NCBI GenBank assembly: GCA_028534125.1
Contig: CM052832.1
Coordinates: 7,752,001 to 7,816,000, forward strand
DNA: 64,000 nucleotides
Reading direction: 5' to 3'
Source: Lama glama
Lineage: Eukaryota
Below the pieces are notes generated by a model, which was not told where the DNA came from, did no database searches, and saw only the letters and a program-made list of their open reading frames with translations. Shown here piece by piece: positions 12,559 through 25,520 of the stretch (positions are counted from its first letter, which is position 1; each line of letters opens with the position of its first letter). The position numbers were made by a program, and so were the translations under genes.

Positions 12559-14137
12559 TGCTGAGGAGACATACCCAGAGGAGAATCCTAGAAATCTGAC
12601 AGATTGACACTAAAGGAAAATGTCTGACAGATGTGTGAATCCACTTTCTGACCATCCTGGGGATGTGGCAGAGGGACCCAGCTGGTAAACAGCCTCCCCT
12701 TTACCCAGAGTCCATCCTTGGTCATTGAACTCAGGCCATGATGAAACTGCCCAGGATTTGTAAAGCCACTGTGTTGACGCACTTTGCCCTCTGCAGTTCC
12801 TTGCTGCCCAGACCACCTCTCTGAGCTTTGACCTCCAAGAGCTCCAGAGAACATCACCCCCCGGGGCACTCTGTCCTTTCTGGGAATGCCTCACTGCAGA
12901 GGAGGTGAGGGACTGCTCTTCCAGACCCTAGGGTCAGTACTCCTCCACCGTGAGAAATGGGGTTGAAACCAGGAAGGGCCATTCAAAGCCCCAGAAATCA
13001 GCCACGCAACCCTCCCAGCCACATCTTGAAGCATTTTTACTATCAAGAAGGATCTGCATGCAAATTTCAGAACCTGTCTGCCGATTTTCTTTGCAAAGAG
13101 TATTGGAACTGTGGCAGGAAAGGAAATCCAGAGAGACAGGGTAATGGGTGTAGATGACTGCTAATGGGACCCTCAAGTCCCTGGGCTGTCAGCCCTGTCT
13201 CCCTTAAGCACACATCTGGAGTTCAAGTTCGGCGAGGTGGAGGTGCATTCTGATTTGTTGATGTTGTGGGGAGAAAAGGAAAGAAGAGAAAAGCCCAAAT
13301 CACTCATCTTTTGGAGCCCTTGTTTAAAAAAAAAAAAAGACTATTTTAACCATTCATATATTCAGTGAGGGCAAGAGCTTATTTTCAAGCACTAGCAGTA
13401 GGTTGCGGGAATGTTACGGACAATTTTCCTCATATGCTAAAAATTATTCCATTGTGTTCCACTACACACACTGTTTTTAGAAAGAGTGACATTGCTTGTG
13501 AACGGGAGGATATTTCTTTACAATGTCTGTTCCTGGTTTTTTTTCTCGCAACAGATTTTTCCTCCTCAGGATGAAATATCTCAAGAAAATTAAACCGAAA
13601 ATTGTAATAGTAACACACCCGGGATGCCTGGCTTCACAGTTCAGGCATCAAAATATAACATTCCAGGATGGTCACAAAGGGCTTGAGACTCCAGTGTGTT
13701 GAGTCTCTCTCTGTCTCAAGCCCATCTGTCTCTTCACCTGCCCTTCGCTGTATGGCAAGGAAACTCCAGTATGTCTGTCTGGCTGTTCCTGAGGGAAGCT
13801 AGCTACGCAGAGGGCTAGGACCCCCTCTGCCTGTGCCTACTGCCTCAGTACAGGAAGCACTATGACCACTAGTGAGGGTCCTGAGCCATGATCACAGCTA
13901 CTCCGCTGGTCTTATTTCAGGAGGCTGCTGCACTCCCGTCTCCCTGGATTATGGTCTGCACTGTAGATCCACGCTGACTAATGTCCACCAGTTGACATCT
14001 CTGGGATGAGGGATTGAGGTTTCATTCTGGTTTCTCCCAGCAGGCCTGAGTTCCTTATGCAAATGTACTCACATCTTCCCAGTGAGTTTCAAGTCAATCA
14101 CAGGCAAGCTGCCAGAGTAATCAGCTTGCTGCAGATG

Positions 14138-14540
14138 GTGTATCAGTTCTCTTTTGGTTTGTAACAAGCTACCCCATAACTTACTGGCTGAAAACAAGAA
14201 CCATTTATTTGCTCCTGATTCTGTAGTCTGGAGGCTGCACTGAGGCTGAATAAATCAAGAAAGCCTCACTCGCATGGCTGGCCCTTCAGCTGCTGTGGCT
14301 GGAGCAGCCCAGGGCTGACAGAACTTTTCTCTCTGGAGGGCAGTCTGACTTACACGGGGTGGCTCAGAGTTTCAGGAGAGCAGAAGCTACCAGACCTCTT
14401 AAAGCCTAAGCTCAGAAGTTCCGGAATATCACTTCTACAAGGTCAGTGCAGATTCAAGGGAGAAGGAGTAAGACCCTCCCTCCCAATGCCCAAAGGGACA
14501 GGAAGAGTTGTTACTGGTTGTATTTGCAGACAACCTGCAC
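14138..14540 (-). mobile_element. MaLR MLT1-type LTR
   Basis: tgtatcagttctcttttggtttgtaacaagctaccccataacttactggctgaaaacaa...cagattcaagggagaaggag. Confidence 0.75.
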
Positions 14541-17500
14541 CAATAAGAAGTCGTCTTAAAAAGAGAGAGAGAAATACAGTGAAAAGAAATCCAATATCCA
14601 AATATTTGCATATCCCACATGTATGAGCGTTAATATCCTCATATTAATATGCTTCAGGACCACTTTTGATGATTAAAGTCTTACAAGACCACGTGTGCCC
14701 CAGGACCAGATTCATTCATAACTCAGACTGACACACAGACACGCTTTGTAATCAAATTTCAATTCAAAATGTCTAAGTTCTTGTAAAACAAATATGTATT
14801 AAAATACTGATGTCAGTATTTTCTTACACAATTAAACAGCTGGAAAAAAAAAAAAGATTAAGTCTTACCCCCGAACAGGATTGGCAGGATCTGTGATGGT
14901 GTGAGAGGAGGCAGTGACGGCTGCACCCTGGTGTGTATGAGGACAGGACACAGGGCAACTGGGGAGCCAGGATGAGGCAGGGGAGGGCCCCACTGTTGCT
15001 CTGAGAGGCAGAATCTTGGGAACCCCTCTCCGACAACAGAAAGTGGCTGCAGAAAACCTTAGCAAAACTAGAATGGAAAACAAGAAAAAAACTCTCATAG
15101 GCTGCGGAAACCATTTCATGCCATGTGACTAACTGTCAACATTATAAGTAGTTAATAGAAACACGATTTTGGTTATTAGGTAATTCAGCCTGGTCAAAAG
15201 CCAGAGGGGCCCACAGTGAGACGGGAAACACCAGCACACTAGCAAGCAGATCGTGTAGGAAATTGATTTTCGGCAAATTAGTCTGTTATCTGTTGAGCAC
15301 TCACAGTTCACAGTGAGCCTCCTCATTACTGATTGAATATGTCCAGTTTAAATCCATCTCGTAAACTGACAGCTCCGGCTCCAAGTTCATGATATTGTCA
15401 TTTACCCACAACAGTGATTTATATTAATCAAGACACACAGAGGAGGCCTCCCTTGGAATTTGGACTCATCTGGGTGTGTCCGGGAAGCTCACGGACAGGG
15501 TCACAAGGAGCATATGTGACCAAAGGAACCGGGAACACCTAAAAGAACACAGCCCAAGAGACAGGCAGCCACGCGGGACCGACCTCCCAGAGGTGGGAAA
15601 ACACCCATCAGAGTCAGAGGGAAGCCGCAGTTCTGAAGAGTTTAAGCTTGAAATCTGTGACTGTGGTTTGTCACCTCTGAAACACACATCGGTCCATTTC
15701 TGGGACCTAACAAGGTAGAAGGCTGAGAGCAGACAGAAGATGTTTCACGAACAAAATCTGGAAGCAGCATGGCGGGGGGAACCTTGGACAGTCCCAGACA
15801 GGAGGGGGCCCCTTCCCCACAGACCATGGGCTGCGTCTACGGGAACAACTCCCAGAAATACCTGGGGGGTTGACGCTGAGGTCCTTCCTGAGCAGAGGAG
15901 AGAGACAGTGAGATGATGGTTCTTACCATTAATGGGCCGCCCTCCTGGCTTGTAACCTGGAGAAACTGGGATCCCTGGGAAGAACAGCCCTGGAAAAGTG
16001 ATGTAAATAAAGTCACAGCATATTCATATACTTGACTCTAATTGTTGTTCTGTTAGAGGCCTAAATCTCTGTTCAGATTTTGAGATACCCAAAAGGGAAC
16101 TGAGAAAATTCACCTGGGGAATGGGTCACCGTGGACTTACCAGGGAACTGGGATCCTAGTAAGATGTGTATCCACCCTCCTGAATACAAGGACATTGTGG
16201 CGGAGGTCGGCGCAGGACTCCAGTCAGCAGGGGTCCCACTGGTATTTCTTGTGACCTCACGTGCTGGAGGGTGACTTGGAAATTCACTTAAACTCTCTGG
16301 TTCATAGTAGTTGGGAAAATATGTCTAAAAGCAATTCTTTAGTTAATGACCCCAACATTTTCTACAAATTCAGAAGTTCTCACATAGTGTGAGGCTGGAA
16401 GTTAAAATTCATCAGTGGACACAAATTTAGAGCAAATAACTGCTGAACTTTCAGGTTAAGACCTGGTTCTGCCACAGACTCTTCCAGGTGCTTGTGGTTT
16501 TCTTAGGTAAAGCTCTTACGCTGCTTATAAAAAAGCAAAACAAAACAAACCCCACACTGTCTCTGCCGTGGTCCTTCCATGTGAGACACATGGTGCTGAG
16601 GCCGCTAAAGCTGTTGTGTTTCAAGGTGCACGGGAGCCATGCTTTTGCAAGAAACTTTTTGATGCAGAGCACGAGTCCCAGAAGCCAGCAGGCTCTTCAG
16701 ATGCGCTGGCTTGCCTGTAGCTACAGCACTGCTTCTCTCTCTTCTTGTGCACGCTCCGGGGGCAGCAGAGAAACGGAATCAAAACCCCATGGTCGGGCTT
16801 TGAGCCGAACCAGAACGGTGCACCCCGAATCAGCCCAAGCTGCTCCCTTCAACTAAAAGCCAAACCAAACCCAAATGCTAGTTTTTCAAAGTTTGCCACT
16901 TACCAAACCAAAGATTTTCCAAAAGCCCAGCAAACCTACTTTGAAAAAAATAACTGGACTTGGATGAATTTTTTTTTTTAATGAAAATAAAAACCTGAAC
17001 AGGAACAACAACAAAGCCTAAGCGTGCTCTCCGAGTCGGCCAGTTACTTCACTCGGGTCAAGCGCCTGGTAAGTGTAAGGTCAGAGTCTGTGTGAAGCTG
17101 GCGAATTCAGCCAGGGAAACCTGTTTCTTGTAACAATGGCCATCTTGCAGGCAGTTAGGCGACTTTTCAAGATTTGATTCACCCAGTCCTCCTCATATCT
17201 GTGGACGCTTTCCACTTCTGTCCCCACCCTACAGAAGAGGAAGCTGGGACCCAGGGAGGGCACGGCGTTGCCCTTGACTAGATGAGTGGCTGCAGCTGGA
17301 TGTGATGGCTTCACTGTGGCTTCGCCTGTGACAGAGGCGGGTCGTGAACCTGTGCAAGGGGGACCGTGGCAGCAAGAGGCTCCTTGGTGGAGACACTGGC
17401 ACTGAGGAAACTTTCATCGTATGTGGAATATGAAATGATATTTTTATTACCCGATCCTTGATGTGGGTTTTTTAAATTAGGCAGCTCAGGAAATAGCAGC

Positions 17501-18049
17501 TTATAATTTTGCAGCACGTGTTTAAACAGATTTGGCACCTTGGAAGACCCCTCGGCTCCCGCAAGCAAGGCCACAGCCCCCCCCCACTCCCTCCGACCCC
17601 AGCCCCTGGGACTCTCCAGGACGGGCCGCCCCACCCTCTGCTGCCCCCGCCCCTCTGCCTGCCCCCTGCCTCCCGGACCCCGCCTTTCAATTAGGAGGCT
17701 TAAGGAGCCTATCTTTGCTTAACCTTGCCTCTGCCTTGAGCAATGCCATTCAGAACTTCCCTGGCCCCATCCAGCCTGGGAGTCCTAATGGGCCCCTGGA
17801 GCCCCTCCCAGAGGACAGCTCAGGGGAGGCCCTGACTCTCTCCACTCCCAGGCCACACATGCCCCTGGGCCTCCGTAACAGCTCTGCTCTGCTTACCTTG
17901 AAGAAGAAGACAAGCCCGAGCAGAACCTCCAGAAACACCTGGGTGAGGATGAGGAGGTCATGCACTCGTTCTAATCAGGACTTGGAAGCGTGGAAGTCAC
18001 TGTTGGCAGGGCTTTATCTGCACCCTGCGAAGCACTGTAACAGACAGAC

Positions 18050-18345
18050 CCAAACAGTACTGCCTCAACACAACACACGCTGATTTCTCACTCACACGAA
18101 CAGTTCCGGACAGCTGTTCAGAAAGGCAGCATGATTCTCCTCCATGTCATGCAGGGACCCAGGCTCCTCCATCTCCCGGAAGGAGAAAACCATGGTGGAC
18201 TGTCCGTGGGAGACTTTATGATCAGGCCTGGAAGGAGGACACCTCACTTCCTCTGACGGTCCACTGGCTGAAACTCAACCACGTGGCACATCTTCCCAAC
18301 AAGGGAAGCTGGGAAATGGATCTGGTTGTGTCCCAGGAAGAAGGG
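18050..18345 (-). mobile_element. MaLR MLT1-type LTR remnant
   Basis: gggacccaggctcc...caggcctggaag...tcacttcctctgacggtccactggctgaaactcaaccacgtggcacat...caagggaagctgggaaatg. Confidence 0.6.
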
Positions 18346-19559
18346 GAGAAAGGACGCTGCCGAGCAGCGATCACACCCCTACAGGTGCTGAGCCCCTGCC
18401 AGCATGCAGAAGGCACTTAATAAAGACTCGGGGAAAACCGAAGATCGAGAGAGAAAGAGACTTCAAAATGACTGCCAACCACAACGAACTAAATCAATCT
18501 GAAGTTACAGGTTAAAATAACCAGCCCAGCCTAAAGAATCCATCTCATCTATCCTGAGAAAGTCGTCTGAAGTCTTATACACAAAATCTGTTAATCACTG
18601 TTTTCTGTGTAATCATTGACTGTGAGAGAGAAAACAAATGCCCGTTCACAGGCAAAGTGTGTATCTTGGGTATATCCATCCCTTTAATAATTATATTCTT
18701 GGTGACAAAGTAATAACCTAAAAAAATTTAGGTGAAATGGAAAAAAAGCAAGACAGGAAGTTTTATAGGCAGCATGATGGCTGCTGTGTAACACTTAAAA
18801 AAAAAAAGAACAAAACCCTGCTCCAAGAAAAAGCAGGAATAAATGCATCAAACTAATAGCAATGGCTGTCTTTGGATAAGAAAACGCTAGGAGATTTGTT
18901 CCCCATAGATCTTAATTTTTCTACAATGTTTAAAAGTTTCCAAGAGAGTCTGTGTTGTTTTGTAATGCAGATAGGTTATAGAAGAGACAGTCAAATGCTC
19001 TAAGGGGACCCCACCCTGCCCCTCGTCCGTCTTGGGTCAGATCTTCCTCCTACAATCCTTCTCCCCTTTATGCTCCGGAGGGTTGATCTGGACTAGACAA
19101 CACTGTCCTGTCTCCCCGGGTGCAGTGGAATGTTCGCACTTCCCAATTGATACACCAGTGACCCAGCCGGTGTCCCAAGACTCCATCTTCCACAGTTGGG
19201 AAAGAGGAAAGAGGCCCTTGTTGGCAGGACCCCCATGGCAGGGTTTACTGGGCTGGGAGGATCCAAGGTCAGTTGGTTTTTTTGTTGCGAGTATTTGTTC
19301 AGGAGCCCCAGCTCAGCTCCTGTCAGCCCCTCCTCACCCGTGCAGTCCTCACCAGGGTCGGGGTTTGTGGATGTGTTACGGGTGAGTGTATGTATACATC
19401 CATGTGCTGACCAGCGTCAGCAGCCAAAAAGAAAGTAAGATCTGCAGCCAGAAAACGTTTCTATTTTCCAGTCTAATCAATGGCTGACTTCCATCAAGGT
19501 CTCCGGGCTTTGGATCATTCTTGTTATCAATGAACAAATAGGAGATGACGTTAAGCTGA

Positions 19560-20150
19560 GACTCAAAGGAAGCAGAACAGGAACCAGTGATGCGTCTGTG
19601 AAGGGCTTGAGATGGAAGGAGGGGGCATACAAGGCTCCCAGGGAAGACGGGGCACAGGGCAGAGGGAAACCTGAGAGAGAGATGAGGGAGGTGGGGGTTG
19701 GCTCGTACAAGGTTTAACGGTCACAGTGAGAAGTTTGGATTTAATTTCAACTACAATGGGAAGCCACTGAGCAGTTTTATGCTGAGAAATGCGTACAAAA
19801 TGCATCATGATCTGAATTATGTTTTGAGAAGAAAAACAGCCCCTGGGGCAGCTGTGTGGAGGATGGATGGGCAGAAAGGCAGGCAGAACAGTGAGTGGAG
19901 GTGGTGGAGGCCACCTTAGAGGGGACTGAGTTTGTCCAGGTAGAAGATGTCGGTGGCCTGGAGGGGGACAGTGGCAGTGCACGGACTCCAGAATATTTGG
20001 GGCCTGGGGATTTCACTTCCAGGGCTTCCTGATAGACCAGGTCTGAGGAATGAGCAAGAGGGAACGATCAAATAGAAATCTGAGATAAGAATGTAAGACA
20101 CTAACAAAAATAAGAGTCCCATTTTAGATGCATTAAAGTGTGAACCAATA
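19560..20150 (-). mobile_element. L2 LINE fragment
   Basis: agtttggatttaattt...aatgggaagccactgagcagtttta...catgatctga...gcagctgtgtggaggatgga...gtccaggtagaagatg is antisense L2. Confidence 0.75.
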
Positions 20151-23100
20151 AATTAATGAATGCTTTTGACTTTCTGGTAAGGACCACCGTTGGGCCAGTG
20201 GTGGAGAATCTAAAATTTTCAGTAGAACGTTAAATTCAGGGCAGGCACTGAGTGGTTCCCAATCACTTTTCATTCCGCTGTCCTTTTCAAAATGTCATGC
20301 CCCAAAATGGAAAGCAGGCTTCTTCTCTGAAAGATGGAGCCAGCTGCGTGGTGGTGGTGGTCACAGACTTGGGTCAGTTTGGGAGGGACTCACAGCGCAG
20401 GGCCGACTGGAGAACCCAGTGGGCAGTAAGTTCCCTTGAGACTTCTGCAGATGTGTGACTAGTGCAGCCACGTGTAGGAGGGCGAGGGCAGGTCCAGGGG
20501 CCACTGCTGGGACCAGTCATCACCTCCAGCTCTGTTCCCAGTTTTGAGCTCAGCACAACCCCAAATGGATTTGGGCCCCAACCTCCCTTTCTTCTGCGTG
20601 GAAGCCCTTACATATTTCAGGGAAATCTGTAACCGATTTGTGAGCAATCTGCCTACCCTGGAGCAACTTTGTCACAAAATATAGCATTTTCGCATTCTTG
20701 TTGAAACCACTGATGTGTCCGCCCCCGCCCCCTCCACACACTCCCAACCCCACCAATCAGGGCCTCTTTCCACACGTGTAACTGTTGCAGAATGGATGCC
20801 AAACCCAGCAACTGGCTATCTCCAAAATAATTTCCATCTCCCATGGGGCCGTGTGCTCCCGAGGCGTAGTTAAGAGAAGGTATACTGTAAATTAGAACAG
20901 CTTATTTTCAGAAGCCACGTTTTAGAAACTTGATAGCAGCTCTGGTTCTTGATAACTAACCCCTCGGAGGGCCGCACACACGTCCTCTGTCGATGTTGGG
21001 CCGGAGGCTCCCAGGTGAGCTAGCTGGATCAGTCAGGTGGCCCAAGCCCCTTTGCTTGTATCTTGGGCTCATGGAAACCCCAACATTCCCCCTGCCTACC
21101 CCTTCCCTCTGGGTTGAAATTCTGTGTATTTCAGATAAATTTTATCCATCTGTTTCTGATTCATTTACCCCAACTCATCATGGTATTTGTTTTGCAAGAG
21201 ATATTCAACAACGAAAAAGTTATTTTCAAGTCCTTCCTAGAGAAAGGTTTTTGTCCTCTCATGCATAGAGAAGAGGGTCTGATCTTGTAAAAGAGCCTGA
21301 ATCCCTACAGTTCAGTCAGTACATAAGCCGAGATGGTGAGAATAGAGGTTCAGAATCTGACTGCACTCCTAACCCCCATTTTTGCTAAGTCCCAGTTGTC
21401 GAGGAATCAGGAGGGGACCCAATCACGTGGGACTCCAGGTGTCATTCCTGGGAGGCAGATTCAGGGAGGTGGAAGGAGGGAGGAGGCAATTCCCAAGGGA
21501 CAACCCTAGAGTCACGTGCTAAAGGAAGCAGACATGCAGCAGAGGTGCTGGGGGCAGCAACGTGGGGTGAGGGACTCCTAGCAGATGGGACAGCAGTGCC
21601 AGCTGAGGGCAAGCCATGGAGACCCCCAACCCCAACCCCACAGGACCAAAGATGCTAGGAGATGGTTTCTCTAATTATGACCAACACCTTGCCTTATTTC
21701 AGAAAGGGTTTGAGGATGCTCATGATTGCTGGTCCATATGCCACAATACTGGTGGTGCACTGGAAGGGTCAAGTTCTCCTGAGTTACGAGATGATCTCTG
21801 CCCAGCCAGGCCCCTCCTTGTGGCTGGATCTCTGTGGACCCCAAGAGCATGGTGATAAGCAAGTAAGAGAGGTGACCCTCAGAGGACCAGACGCAGGAGC
21901 CCAGCCCGTCTGAAGAGAGAGGGCGCGGGCTCTGGCTTGGTGGTTTGTCATTTCCATGACAGTCACGGGGTTTTTGTGGCCATCTGCCCCTCCTGCCAAC
22001 AGCCCCAACCTTCTGCTGCCCCTCTGTATCTGGCTGCAGCCACAGCCAAGGGGCTGAGGGTCCGGCTCCCGTCACCACCGGCGTGTCTGGTCGACCGGGG
22101 ACTGAGGCTCAGGGAAACACCAAAGTCAGGAGAGAGGCGGGCACCATCTGGGAACGATTAGAGGCTGACTTCTATCCCGAGGCCTCTATAAACCATCCAT
22201 CAGGGAGGCAAGGAGAAAAAAAATACACCCTTCTTTCCCTTTTTATTTATTTATCCTTTGCTTTGTTTATAGTGACAGTGGTCAGTTTCCCTGAAAGGAA
22301 ATCACTGAAAATTACAGGGTGTTTGGTTGGACTTTTTAAAAATTAATTTCCTCTATTTTTGCATGAATTTGATTTGCTCTCACTCCCTTCCCCAAACTCA
22401 TGCTTAGTGAAAAATCTCTTTTGATTTGTTCTTAATGTGGAAAATGTTGGCAGTCCTACATGGCAATTGGAAAACAGCTGAGGAGCACAAACCAGGTAGA
22501 ACTTTCAACTGGCTTCCCAGGGTGAGGAGCCCGTCTCCCCTAGGGGGGGTCAGCGGGCAGAGCCCCTCGCCCGGCCCTCGTCCCAGCACCCGGGAGGCCT
22601 TGCTCAGCTCCTCCTGGTCCAGTCCCTTGCCCAAAGGCCTGCAGCATTTCTCCCTCCTCACAGCTCCCTTCTCTTTCTATTTCTAGTCAAATTATCTTTC
22701 CAAAAGAATTTCCCCCATTACAGACCCACTTCTCCCGCAAAGTGTATAGTGTTGTCCGCAAACTGGAAATTCACTCTTCTGAAATTAGCCTAAGATGCTG
22801 CCTCCTGAGCTGGGCTGGCTGCTACCGGCTCAAAGCATAAAGTCTCCAGGATTCAAAACAGGTGGTGCATCTTACACCATCATGAGAACAAAACTCCCGA
22901 GCACTGGCCATCAAAACGCAGTGGCCTCCAAGGCAAGTGCCAGGCGGGGCAGGAGCTTCCAAGGTAGGTACAGAAAACCTGGTTCTGGACCTGGTTCTGC
23001 CATTTCTTGAATAGATGATGGCGGACAGGTCACTTTACCTGCCAAAGCTCAGCTTCCTTAAGGACCATTATCATCATCACTGTTATCATTGCGCCTTCTG

Positions 23101-23160
23101 TATAAGCTCTTCACTCCCCTTGCCTTCCTTCATGCTCCTAACAACTCCAAGGGATAGGCT

Positions 23161-24434
23161 TTTATTTTTAACTTTATTTATTTATGCATTTACTTTACAA
23201 TATCATATTTTTAAGCTGAAGTATAGTTGATGTACAATATTATATGTTACAGGTATACAATACAGTGATTCACAATTTTTAATTGTGTATGTTAGAGTAT
23301 AGTTATTATAAAATATTGGCTGTATTCCCCCTGCTGTACAACACACCCTTGTAGCTTATTTTACACCAGACAGTTTGTACATCTTTATCCTCCACCTCCA
23401 TCTTGCCCCTTCCCCTTCCCTCTCCCCACTGGTAACCACTAGTCCCTTCTCTACATCTGTGAGTCTGTTTTTTTCTGTTATATTCACTGGTTTGTTGTAT
23501 TTTTTTAGATTGCACACGTGATATCTTACAGTATTTGTCTTTGTCTGACTTACTTCACTTAGCATAATGTCCTCCAAGTGCATCCATGGTGTACACCAGA
23601 CACTAATTCAACATTTTAAATCAACTGTACTTCAATTAAAAAGCAAACGAACAAACAACCCATTTAAAATATAGGCAGAACAGAACAGACATTTTTCCAA
23701 AGGAAATGCAGTTGGCCAACAGGAACAAGAAAAGCTGCTCACATCCCCTGCGTCAGGGAAACACAAATCAAAACCACGAGACACCACCTCATACCTGTCA
23801 GAATAGCCATTATCAAAAAGAACACAAATAACGAATGTTGGCAGGACGTGGAGAAAAGGGAACACTGTACCCTGTTGGTGGGAATGTAAATTGGTGCAGC
23901 CACCATGGAAAACAATATGGAGGTTTCTCAAAAACAGAACCACCACATGGCCCAGCAGTTCCATTCCTGGGCATATACCGGAGAAAAACAAAAACATTAA
24001 TTCAAAAAGATACATACTCCCCGCTATTAACAGCAGCACTATTTACAATCACCAAGACATGGAAGCATGCCAAATGCACATCAATAGATGAATGGATAAA
24101 GAAGATGTAGCACATATGCAACAGAATACAACTCACCCACAAAAAAGAAGGATATTTTGCCATTTGAGGCCCTTTACTCACTTTTTTTTTTTTTTTGCCC
24201 TTCAAAAACCAGAATTTTATAACTGGCATAAACATTCCCATTGCATCAAAAACAACAAAATACCTAGAAACAAACCTAACCAAGGAGTTACCTATACTCT
24301 GAAAACTAAAACATAGATGAAGGAAATTGAAGATGATGCAAAGAAATGGAAAGATACCTTGTGCTCTTGGATTGGAAGAATCAACATTATCAAAATGGCC
24401 ATACTACCTAAAGCAATCTACAGATCCAATGCAA
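23161..24434 (-). mobile_element. Composite L1 insertion with internal inversions, inside a MIR
   Basis: Antisense L1 3' end at ~23200-23590. Sense L1 ORF2 pieces at ~23650-24165 and ~24235-24434. Bounded by CAAGGG(A/G)TAGGC at 23148-23159 and 24435-24446. MIR sequence resumes at 24447 (ccccattttacagatgaggaaactgagg). Confidence 0.85.
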
Positions 24435-25334
24435 CAAGGGGTAGGCGTTTTTAATCCCCATTTTACAGATGAGGAAACTGAGGGTCTGGGAGATGAGACT
24501 GTTTTTTGAGGATTAAAACCTGGGACTCAAACCCAGGTGACCTGATTCTAAAGCAAGTGCTCAAATCCAGCATTGTTTTTATTCTGCCCACCTCCCGGTC
24601 ATGAGAGCAAATAGCTCAAGCGCGTGTATCCCACTCTAGTGTCCTGTGCGGCTTGGGAGCCCTCCCCCAGCCCTCTGAGATGGAGCGCCAGGCTGCGGCG
24701 GGGCCAGAGTGGCACACACCGGCCATGGCCACCACGTGGGGAGGTGCGGATGCAAGATGTATCACTCATATTGTTATTTGGAAAATAAGGATTGTCAAGC
24801 ATGAGCCGCACCCCAGGGTCCAATTCTGGAGGCACCAAAGGGCCTTGTCAAAGGCTCTTCCGCCGAGGGCCATTTAAACCAGTTACTCACGTGATCCTGG
24901 TTCTCGACTCCCGCGTGGAAGCTCCATCCTTGGCACCCACAGCAAGAGCTGGGCCTTCGTGGCTGCTTTGCTCACGTCCTCCAGCTTCCTCTTTGGCAGT
25001 GGCTGACCTCCTGTGGAAATGAGCCAAAGGCCCTGGGGGGCTGCGGGAGATCCGGGGGGGCGCTTCCAGCCCTGGCAGCTGCTCCGCGCCAGACGCCTGG
25101 TCCTCCATGAGCTGGCAGCTGGTTCTAGCCAAACAGATGGCTCCATTGCCAGGCTGGCTACTGCTGGTCATGGGCACCCACACCTGCCCACTGAATTTTC
25201 AGTCTCATCTGGACCCCACCATCCTCCTGTCACTCAGTGAGAGCATTTTTTGGTTTTCCTGCACTGAACTCCGCATACCCTGTTATAATGTCAAAAACAC
25301 TTCTCTTAACAAGCATCGTTAAGCTCAAATATGT

Positions 25335-25520
25335 TAGAAAGAACAGGTGCTTTGGAGCTGACCAGCCACATCTGGGCTGAGCCCTTCTCCTCCACTTCCT
25401 GCCTTCCTGGCCTGGAAAAAGTAACTCATCCTCTCTGATCTCTCTTCAGGTTTTTCCTCCTGCAAAGCGGGGTTACATCATCTCATCCACAGTGTTCTTA
25501 GAGAATGAAATGAATTCGTG
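25335..25520 (+). mobile_element. MIR fragment
   Basis: gctttggagctgac...cctggaaaaagtaactcatcctctctg...ttcctcctgcaaag...agagaatgaaatgaa. Confidence 0.5.

Noticed and set aside
17750..17965. Hydrophobic minus-strand peptide (HDLLILTQVFLEVLLGLVFFFK) ending at a good donor AAG|GTAAGC at 17897
   Set aside because: The frame starts at GTG rather than ATG, no convincing acceptor or partner exons were found, and no homology was recognised.
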